Source: Octopus sinensis
Lineage: Eukaryota
Assembly: GCF_006345805.1 (NCBI RefSeq)
Contig: NC_043004.1
Span: forward strand, 100,812,001-100,876,000
DNA length: 64,000 nt
Direction of reading: 5' to 3'
The notes under the pieces are model-generated. The model was not told the DNA's origin. It searched no databases and saw nothing but the letters and a program-made list of their open reading frames with translations. The position numbers were made by a program, and so were the translations under genes. Position 1 is the first letter of the stretch. Every line of letters starts with the position of its first letter. Positions 53,887 to 64,000 of this stretch are shown here, in pieces.

Positions 53887-56393
53887 TATTTTAGTGTTAG
53901 TGTTAGGTATGTTAGTGTTGCATTCAAATTTCTTTTCTGCGATCGGAACGGTACATAATCTTGTAAACCAAATCACCGAACTTCACAGTTCATTTTAGCT
54001 ATTTGATAGGTGGACCCAGACAATAAGGGAACAGGAATTTTAAACCCTCGATTGCTTTTGTTACACTAAATACTCGGCCACATCTGAAAGTCCACGAACT
54101 ATTGGGAGCACCTAGAAGATGCTTGTTCTATCAATAAACGTACCCAAATTTCCCTCAAATTGTACTTATTATTTTTTTTAAATTGAAAGATATATTTGAT
54201 AATCTAGTCCTATACACAAATCTAAAAACAGAAGGGATTGTCGCGGTTAGGAAGACTTTGGACATAACTGTTGGATTAGGATTAACCAGGGACTGAGTAA
54301 CGACTAATTAACGAATTCATAAATACATGTATTTTGAATAAATGATCAGTTTGTAGTTTATTTCCAAGTTATTACAAACGCTCGTAATGTTGTACATGCT
54401 TTATACAGTGAATAAATAAGACAGGTTCCAGTCTCTTTACAACAGTCTAGACTACTAACACATACAGTTAGTGTTGCTGTTGCCTTTGTATCATGTCTGG
54501 TCAGCAATTATTGAGTAGGCCGATGACCAGAAACAATTCACTTATTGCTATATGTTGTTTTTAGTGATATCTGGCACTGCATTCGTTAACGCTTTCTTCT
54601 TTGTATGCGTCGTGGATTTGATTTCAGAGAAATTTGTCTGCTGTCTCTAGTGAATGAAATGACTGCGTAGCAGCTTCCTCTGTACTTAATACTACCACAT
54701 ACGGTTTAGTGTTTAAGCTATAATATGTATCAGATCTTAATGGCGAGTTCATGACGGAAGTATCGATGATATGGGAAACACTTCGTGCAGCGAAACCACA
54801 TGACGTTGAGCAGCAAGACACCTGAATATAGCCAACCCATGGCGTGTTGCATGAGTGATATTTTCGTAGTTAAAGCTGTCATACATGAAACTTGCAATGG
54901 TCATATCATGTTTTCAACAAATCCGTATATATACTACTTCCGATATTAATTACACCAATCTGTTAGCTATAATATTTGATAACTCTCGTTTGATTTCGTT
55001 TTGCATTTTTTTTTCGTGTAGTGTTCTTTTTTTAGCGACATTCTTTTCTTCCTTTTAAGTAGAAACGCAATTGGTGAGAAAAAGGTTGGGGGTAATTAAA
55101 AATGCATAAATTTTTAGAGCCTGGTAATATTTTGAGCTGATTTACTGACTATTCTAAGTACTTTTCTCGAGGTAACGAACCAAAAGATGAACCCTCCACA
55201 TGGTCGTTCGACTTCCTATAAAAAAAATACCATCATTACAACATATTCCAGTCAAAGATGAAGGACAGAGTGGTCATGGTTGGAACGCTGCATACTCAGG
55301 CTGAACTGAAGATAAACAGAAACAAGATTTATCAGTTACGTTTCATCTGGGACGGAATAACAACTACAACAACAGCCATAATTCTGCGTGGTCTAGTATG
55401 ACGAGAGTTTAAACAATAATAACGATAGATCGAGTCGAGCAGAGACAACCTAGAGCTGAGCGGCAACAACAACTGTAGGTCTGTTGAGGAAAGCCTGACA
55501 ATGGACTAAGCAGCAACAATAAAAACAGGATAGTTCAATCAGAAATAGACTGAAACTGAACAGCAACCACATCCCCGACTTCCTACGCAACCGCTGAGCC
55601 TGGATGCGCATTCATCCATCCGTCGATGCCCTCGGTGTCGGGGGTTGACCTGCTTTCTCTTCTGCGGATCTTACGAATAGCAAAGGACCACGTTTCGGAC
55701 TTCATCCACTACAGACGGGACGAAGACTGCTTCGCTCAACAAACAACAAAATCATTTCCCGTGCCTCAGAACAATATATTGTACATCAGCAATATTGGAA
55801 TATGACCAAAAAGATGCTCATGTGATATGCATATTGAAAACAAGACACCCATGTGAAGAAAGCTGGCATTCTAATAGAAACAGGTGTGGAAGCATAAGAA
55901 TATATGTATGCGTATGTATATATCTGTGTGTTGGTGTGTGTATATGGGTGCATGTATGAGTATGCACATACATAAATATATATACAAATACATAAGCATG
56001 TATGCAGGAATGTTTGTATGCGTGTGTGCATCTATGTATATACAGAGACATACACACATATATCTATTTGATAACAGTTCGATCAGAGTCACATCACTTA
56101 AAGTATCGCGGGTGCAGAACACATGTGTATTACACTGGGCAGCAAAAAAAAATTTATTGTCTGCTACCCGGACACATGGTGCTGTAATAAACTAAATCGA
56201 GTACGCTGATTCCGAATCTGAACTCGGAATTTCTGTAGCACATCAGGATTTTGAGTTATGCGCATAAGTATATGTTAATACTATACTAGAATCAGGAATA
56301 GTTAAGTTCAAGGTGAGTAATTATTATAATAGTATATTAGTACTGTATATAGGAAATTTATATTCAAGGCGAATAGTATTATAATATAATGGT

Positions 56394-56779
56394 GGAGGCG
56401 CAATGGCCCAGTGGTTAGGGCAGCGGACTTGCGGTCATAGGATCGCGGTTTCGATTCCCAGACCGGGCGTTGTGAGTGTTTATTGAGCGAAAACACCTAA
56501 AGCTCCACGAGGCTCCGGCAGGGGATGGTGGCGATCCCTGCTGTACTCTTTCACCACAACTTTCTCTCACTCTTACTTCCTGTTTCTGTTGTACCTGTAT
56601 TTCAAAGGGCCGGCCTTGTCACTCTCTGTGTCACGCTGAATATCCCCGAGAACTACGTTAAGGGTGCACGTGTCTGTGGAGTGCTCAGCCACTTACACGT
56701 TAATTTCACGAGCAGGCTGTTCCGTTGATTCGGATCAACCGGAACCCTCATCGTCGTAACCGACGGAGTGCTTCCATCC
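56394..56779 (+). mobile_element. Young tRNA-derived SINE (head 1, tail B) nested in the Chapaev3 element
   Basis: 13-bp TSD ataatataatggt at 56381-56393 and 56780-56792. Confidence 0.92.
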
Positions 56780-56845
56780 ATAATATAATGGTACATATTA
56801 TATTTATGTTAAGGGAATACTCATTTTATTTTTGATATTCACAGC

Positions 56846-58507
56846 TCAGAAATGTTTGAGACACTGGCCCTTGCGCTTATGGATCGAGCTGGTCTCCCGT
56901 TGTAGGAACCAGCAATAGTTACCCATCATATGAGGATTGAACCGGCCTTGATACTTCATTTCTATCTCAGATATGTCTTGGTGGAACCTCTCACCATGAT
57001 CATCACTAAGGGCACCAAGATTCGTTGGAAAAAAATCGAGATGAGAATGCAAGAACTGCATTTTAAGTGACATTCGGCATCTCATTCTTTCATACGCTGT
57101 TAGCATGTTGTTTATTAAATCAGTATAGTTTTCACTTCTATGATATCCAAGAGTGTTCTGTACAACTAACACGAATGAATCCCATGCTGTCAGCTCAACT
57201 GGATTCAGTTTACCGCTGAATTTTCTATCAGAGAATTTGCTATTAGATATCAATTCTCTGATCTCGAGTCCAATGAAAATGCCTGCTTTCAGTTTTGCGT
57301 CACTTTTCTCTGCATTAAATTTTACTTTTTAGGTACTGGAAGCCACAACCATTGTGTGTCATTGCTTTTTACGAAGTTTTTCATGAGGCCGAGTTTGATG
57401 TAGAGGGATGGAAGGAAAAAATTTTACGGGTCCACCAGTGGCATATGCTGCACGTTGTACCGATCAACTATGCGTTCATATCTTTTAGGCCAGTCTTTTA
57501 CAGTGTAATGATTGCTGTCGTCGTGGCTATTCCAAACACACAAGAGGCACATATTTTTGGTACATCCCAGCTGCAGTCCCAGGAGGAGAGAAATCACCTT
57601 TAAATCACCACAAATATTCCACTTGTGAACTGAGCAATTAACTCCTTTCAGAAAGAGTTCCATCGATTCATAAGTTTCTTCCATACCGACAACATGACCC
57701 ACAAGAATGGAAGGTTTTGTATTACCATTATGTGACAACACAGCATTGAGGCTAACCTTACTCGAGACTATAAACAATCTCCATTCGTTCGCCACATGCA
57801 CGTGTCCTAGTTTTTGCATGAGTACATTAACGTCAGTACAGAAGCAAGCTTTGTTTTCCTGCTTGTAATAGACAGATAAGTCTTTATGGCGAGAAAGAAA
57901 AATGGAAATTTTCGTACCTTACTGTGGGAGATTCCGTTGTTGTAATTTGGATCCCCAAACTTCTGCCCTCTTTTCTGACAATGCTAGGTCTCTTACAAAA
58001 TCGTTCAATCTTCTTGATTAAACTAGCCTGGTTCATTTTTCTTAGAATTACCTTCGTACTCTTCGTCGATAGGAAATTCAAGGGTTTTATCGTGCGACAT
58101 GTCAAGATTTTCAAGTGAAGCGTGGTGAAAAGGGAACTGGGATAGGGTTCTGGAAATCATGTGGGACCAGTTTTAGAACCGACTTACAATCTGCATACAC
58201 AATTTTTGCTTAGTCTTCTTTAAGAAAGTACTAATATTAGTCATACAAAAGTAACAGAGACATCATTAGTTGGTTCACGCCATAACATTGGTACAGTAAA
58301 AGGCATTCCCTTCCTTTTTCTATTCATTCTCTGTGTAAGCTGTGAGTAACACACGGTGTCGCTTATATGAGGTGCCCACTTCTTGTCTTGGTCCCCAACT
58401 TTACACTCGAAAAAATAATTATAGGCAATTCTTAATTTGGTGGCAATGTTCCTCCGCTGGTCATGATAAAAGTTGTTTGGGTGATTCACACAGCCTCTCC
58501 TATTCAT
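56846..58507 (-). pseudogene. Frameshifted Chapaev3-type transposase
   Basis: Four ORF pieces; three carry recognisable motifs: GDQDKKWAPH and MPFTVPMLWREP; WRLFIVSSKVSLNAVLSHNGN and WNICGDLKVI; MSLKMQFLHSHLDFFPTNLGALSDDHGERFHQDISEIEMKYQG. Confidence 0.85.
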
Positions 58508-59199
58508 GATCTAACACAATGAACACAATTAAAGCAGTTATCACGCAGAGCGAGAGATACTCATACCACACGTGACAGCAGCGCAAACGATACTGAGAGT
58601 TACCAAGAGCAAACTAACGTATTTGGCGCTTGCATACGATACGTCAGCGCCATCTATTGCTAAACCAAATAATGAACTTTCTCATCGTTTGTTCTATTGC
58701 TGTTATTTCTTTAATTTTGAATTAAGTCCGCTTTCATGTTAGCAAATTTTATAATACGACCTATATCTATCCGAAGGTATATTTATAATCTTGCGCATAA
58801 TTAAAATCTTGACGTAGTAGAACAATTCTGAGTGTGGATTCGGAATTAGCATCCTCGATTTAGTCTAAAACATCTGCTATTACCCAAGTAGCAAAATCTT
58901 TGTTGTCCAGTGTTATCAAATATTCGAACTGAGAATAAAAAAAACATTATTAAAAGAATCAAACGGTTGTTCAAGGCAGACTAGTACCAAAAACTTAGAA
59001 AGTCCAACTGTTTATATTCATAGACTTACAAATCACACCTTTAATTAAAAATCTAGTTAGTTATTCATTGGAAATGTTCAATGGCGGTGCCCCAGCATGG
59101 CCACAGCTCGTGAGCTGAAACTAGATAAAATAAAAAAAAATACTTTTAAACTATCGACAAACAGAAAGTTCTTTAAGATGGTGACAGACCATTATAACT

Positions 59200-59440
59200 T
59201 GTGAGGAGTGGCGTCAGAAATAAGTTGCTGTATATGGAGGACCCCTCCTCATTCCATTCTAAAATCCCTCAAAGAATGAGAAAGAGGAAGATAATCTATT
59301 TTAATACTCTTTTCAATCTAGAGGTTTCTAAGAATATAGCTATGAGTTTCCCGGTACTAATTTTACAGTATTTCTCAAGATCCCATACATATAATAAATT
59401 TCTATAATGTCAAGGTTAGCTACTCATTCTTAGATAATAT
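59200..59440 (+). pseudogene. Penelope-like RT-EN linker fragment
   Basis: RKRKIIYFNTLFNLEVSKNIAMSF..LILQYF..SHTYNKF followed by VKVSYS, resembling the PLE motif RKRxIIWFNPPF...HxxxKIF...VKxSYS. Confidence 0.7.
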
Positions 59441-61358
59441 CTCTTCCAAATTTCCATGTGACAACAGATGCAAACACGCACCCAAAATCATATGTCGTAA
59501 CATAATAACTTTACGAAATTATTTCGGCAAGATCAAAGTACGAGTGTGGCACGCCATTAACGTTAGAGCTGTTTAGAAACTCCATTGGTAATTGGATATG
59601 TTCTCTTTATCATCACAGAAATCAATCAAGGACTGTACGGTTGCTCTTTCCATCAAATATGCTGGTGATTTCCTCCTTTATAGAATCAATAACCAAATTG
59701 TGCTTGAATTTATGTTTGGTTCTTTTCTTTTTTTTTTCAAACTTAAATCTCTTAATGAAGGTAAAGAGGGAAGGAAGCCATAACTTCCATTTTGGCCATT
59801 TCTGTCGTCAGTTTACTTTTGATCCCTCGAGCCTTCAAATGGGTTGCTCATAGTTCACGATGATTTTCGAGTGCATTACAACAATTCATTCTTGTAACAT
59901 ATATCGACAATGACATTTTATATAAATCTTCCTTACTCATCCAATGTATATCAGTTTATGTGCGTAATATTTGTTGCTATTAACAACCGAGGCCGTCATA
60001 CCTTTCTGTCCTCTTATAAACAAAAGAACAAAGTATAACTGATTATACTCCTAGTTCAGTTGGTTATTTTACAGAAATTGGGTCGAAGAGAAATAATCTG
60101 AAGCTGAATGGCAACAAATATAAATCTGTTCGTGTAATGTTGACAATGGACTAGATAGCAACAATAAAGGCAGACCAGTTCAATAAGGACTGACCTAGGA
60201 TTAAACAGCAGCCACAACAACAAAATCATTTCTCATTTGTAGTGTCTCAAAGCAACATATTGCAGATCAGTAATATTAGATAATGATCAGAGAAATGCTC
60301 ATGCGATACGCATATTGACAGAAACAATGCCATGATGTTCACTTTTGTTTCCTCTTCTTCCAGAAGTAGAAAAAAAAGGCATCATAATTCCTTGTAGGAC
60401 ATGATCCAATAGCCAGAAAACTAGGTTCTTCTCAAGACTGTGCCATTGTATCTACATTGCTTAGTCTTCGATCAATGCGTGCAGAAGTTTCTTTGCCTGG
60501 CACACATTAAATACTACTGCTACCTACAATAGTTTTCTTTTCAGATATTCCGTAAAAGATCGTCTTCATTAGCACACACTAGATGCCTTTGTTCACATTA
60601 GAATTCTCAGATTTTTATCTCTTTTCCATTTTTGCCATTTCCCTCAGAATCCATTTATTTCCATTTTATTTTATTTATTATTATTTTTTTTTTTTTTGTT
60701 GTCGACTGTGTCTTCGCATATTACTTTTCAGTTGATTATCTCATTCTAATATGCCTTCTTTATTTTTAATGTATATGCATAGAAAAAAGCACAACACATG
60801 TCTGAACAGGCACAACTGTGTATAATAATAGTTAATTATATCAGTTAGCAGTTATTTGATGGTTAAGACAAAATTGTCTACTCTGTCTGCTGTTGTAGAA
60901 ATATGGATACAGTAATAAGAAACGTAATCGAGCGAGTGAAAAAAATTGGTACTGACATAAAAAGAAATTATTTTTATAGAGAAGAAAAACGACGAATGGA
61001 ATAGAGACTAATTTTCAGTACTGACAGAATATCTTGTATTCTGTATGAATGTAGGAAGCAAGTTTTGTGACATAATTTCAATGCAATGACAATGAATGTG
61101 AAAATATATCATGACTTTTCCGGGAATAGCAAATCACACCCACACTTAGATATATATTTTCATGTCTGTATATTATGCAGAATGCAGTTCATAGTATTGT
61201 TAAACTTCAAGGTCAGAGCTTGTTATTTCAGTAGCATATGTGTGCAAGTGTATGTATGTATGTATGTATGTATGTATGTATGTATGTATGTATGTATGTA
61301 TGTATGTATGTATGTAGTATGTATGTGTATGAATAATGAGTGTATGTATGTATATATG

Positions 61359-61392
<34 letters not shown>

Positions 61393-61438
61393 TGTATGTA
61401 TGTATGTATGTATGTATGAATAAATGAGTGTATGTATG

Positions 61439-61470
<32 letters not shown>

Positions 61471-61919
61471 AATAAATGGGTGTATGTATATATGTACATA
61501 CAATCATGCAGCTATACCTACAAACATACATACATACATAGATAAGCGTATATTCATATTTCATATTATTGTTAAATGTCAAGGCCAAAGTAACCATGTG
61601 TTTGAAAAAAATATAAACTGTTTCTCTGCAATTTGGGATACCTCAACCAAACATCATTGGCTTTTTACTGTTGTTGAAATTCTGCCGAAAAAATAGAAAC
61701 TAAACATACATATATACACTGATGTGTATATGTGTGTGTGTGTGTGTGTAAAACACGCATATAAACAAAAGGCTTCCTCACCGTCTTTGTTCAGGAAGTG
61801 CTCAATTTGACATTGTAGCAGAAAGCCGTTACCGAAAGCGCCATGCAACAAGTATAGAAACCGAGACTATACGACTGCGAAGCGGTCTTCCAGATCATAC
61901 AGCCACTCTTACGCCCACC

Positions 61920-62340
61920 GGATTTTTTCGGTTTGAACGGCAGTTTCTTTCTAGCGGTGTCATATGAAATTGCCACCCATAATTATGACCCTTGTATCGA
62001 TCTATTGCATTTCAATCTGTTTTAGGGCTAGGGTTAGGGTTAGAGGTGGGGGAAGGGTATCTTATTTTCTTCACAAATGTAAATAAACCCAATCTGTTTC
62101 TTAAACGAGGGACATATTCATACGGCACAGAATGTTTTTTTACCTCAATGGACGTCACTGATTGGTTGAAATTGCAGAAATTGAAGAAAAAAACAACAAA
62201 TATCTTACAAACTATAGAATTTTCTCAATAAAGCCAAGAAGAAAAGAGATGATAAAACACATTCTACCAGTATACGAAGTTTAAAATTTTTAGTAACCTA
62301 GAAATTATGTTAAAAACTGCCATTCAAAACGAAAAGATCC
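61920..62340. mobile_element. Merlin-like MITE
   Basis: TIRs ggattttttcggtttgaacggcagttt and aaactgccattcaaaacgaaaagatcc; 8-bp TSD (c/t)gcccacc at 61912-61919 and 62341-62348. Confidence 0.85.
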
Positions 62341-62902
62341 TGCCCACCTAACGCTACAAGATATCAATGTGGTGTTGCCCCTTGACAACACCTGAAGTTT
62401 TAGGCAGACATACATGTAGGTCTGCAATAAAGTACATAGATGAACCCACGAGGCTTTTTATGTAGTTGTTCGGTATACTGAAAACTGACTGTTAAACAGA
62501 TTACCATTTTAGAAAATGAACTCACGTTTAGTAAAGACATTTTACAATATGAGGTTGCATTCAAAAATGTAATCCTATATAGCACAGCTAAAACCAAAAT
62601 CAGAAAAAGGGTGCCGTCATGGAGAGAATAGCATTTATCATGGAGTAAAATATGTATTTTTTTAACAACTTGATAAGTAGAAAAAATATGTAACCACTAA
62701 TGACAGCATGTTGTCTTCGAAACTTTCACAAATGCGTTATACGGGGTTATATTTCTGTGGAATTTTGAATTTATATGTAAGCGACAATGTATGTTAAAAC
62801 TCTAGTCTCCAACAGAAACCATAAGCAATTTTTTATTCATATATACATATATGTTCGCGTGTGTATGTATGCGTTTATCTATCTATCTGTCTCCTCCCCC
62901 CC

Positions 62903-62938
<36 letters not shown>

Positions 62939-62939
<1 letters not shown>

Positions 62940-64000
62940 GTAGCGAAAATAGTACTCTCCTTCCTATGTAACGACAAAGTGGTAGGAAAGAGCCACTATA
63001 AAGTCAGGCAGACAGTCGTTGTAGGGGTCAGTAGTAGTAGAATCGTTGTACGAGTTCTCAGTTGGAGTCAGTGTCAGTTACGTGATATATACGAGTTCGA
63101 GTTACCATCAAGATAGACGTTACAAAGTCATTGTCTTGTGGAGCTATCAACGATAGTGCGATAGACGAGACAAAGATAATAAGAAGAGGAATACCATCAC
63201 AACTTAATAGTAGCGACAAGAATATTACAGTGCCGACGAGGATCCACATTATAAAAATGGCGGCGAGGATATAAATAATTCACGAGGACAACGTTGAAAC
63301 AAAAATATTTTTTTCACGAGAAAATAAACAATTCACGCGGATGATGTTGAAAAAGTTTTCATGTGGAGAAAGATTTTTGTTGTACATATTTTACAACCAA
63401 TCTGTAAAATTATGGATAACTTGCTAGAGGGTCTAGTTGAGTTGCAAAAATAACAAGAACAAATGTTACAGCAACAAATGCTACAAATAATGAAGTTGAT
63501 AATAAAACCGGAAAATACATTTTCGCCAGATTATGAAGCAAATTCAATAATTAGATTTAAATATGATCCAGAAGAAGGAGCCACCTTTGAGGCATGTTAC
63601 CGAAGTTTTGAACAAATTTTCGAAGAAGAATGGCAAAATGAAAACGCATCTAATTCTGAGGGGACTGGCGACGATAGATCATGAGAAATACTGTAACTTT
63701 ATATTGCCTAAAAATGTTTTTTCAGTGATAAAATATCGTTATTCAACACACGTTGGAAGTGCTTAAGCATTGAGAAAAGCGATGAAGAAGATTTTTACCA
63801 CATATGCGGATAGAGTGAACAGAAAGTGCGCGAGATTTAAGATAGATAAACTAACTCCAGACTAGTTCAAGTGCCTGATTTTTGTTCAGGAACTTACTGT
63901 TAAAAAGGACTCAGAAGTCAGAACGTAAATTCTAGCAAAGCTGGAAATGAGCGAAGATATAACTCTTGAGAAACTGTCAGAAGAATGCGATATGATATTA
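62939..64000 (+). mobile_element. 5' end of a Gypsy LTR retrotransposon: putative LTR 62939-63229, PBS-like site, decayed gag from 63412
   Basis: TGTA...TACA bounds; PBS-like tgccgacgagga at 63231-63242. Gag motifs FKYDPEEGATFE, SLFNTRWKCL, YADRVNRKCARF, D*FKCLIFVQ and ILAKLE, with stops and frameshifts; runs off the window. Confidence 0.8.

Larger units (their letters stand above)
56133..58912 (-). mobile_element. Chapaev3-like (CMC superfamily) DNA transposon with both ends intact
   Basis: Termini CACTGG and CCAGTG, TTA TSD (56130-56132 and 58913-58915), imperfect ~130-bp terminal/subterminal inverted repeats (actaaatcgag..gctgattccgaat). Superfamily assigned from recalled termini, TSD and motifs. 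Confidence 0.85.

Noticed and set aside
55686-55720. ggat-gaa-gtcc-GAAAC-gtg-GUC on the minus strand
   Set aside because: The 5' core reads CUGUAGU and stem I does not pair.

Overview
AT-rich, microsatellite-dense eukaryotic (animal) intronic or intergenic DNA. The SINE repertoire and repeat landscape resemble a coleoid cephalopod, most likely Octopus (inference). I see no convincing host protein-coding gene, and nearly all supplied ORFs are translations of (TA)n, (CA)n, (GATA)n, (TATG)n or (TAA)n tracts. Transposon relics that can be supported: a Chapaev3-like (CMC) DNA transposon with both termini and a TTA TSD (56133-58912); R4/Dong-like RLE non-LTR fragments (25950-27095, and a cluster in a (TAA)n tract at 49.4-50.9 kb); Penelope-like (PLE) RT/GIY-YIG fragments; a mariner remnant; two Merlin-like MITEs; the 5' end of a Gypsy LTR element; and many tRNA-derived SINEs with swapped heads and tails. 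The most notable signal is six distinct minimal type I hammerhead ribozyme (HHR) motifs, eight copies in total, in Penelope pLTR-like context. Two motifs occur as outward-facing pairs in large palindromes (561-4175 and 16479-16908), one with the compensatory U3-A8 core variant. All calls were made by eye, without database searches or folding software.
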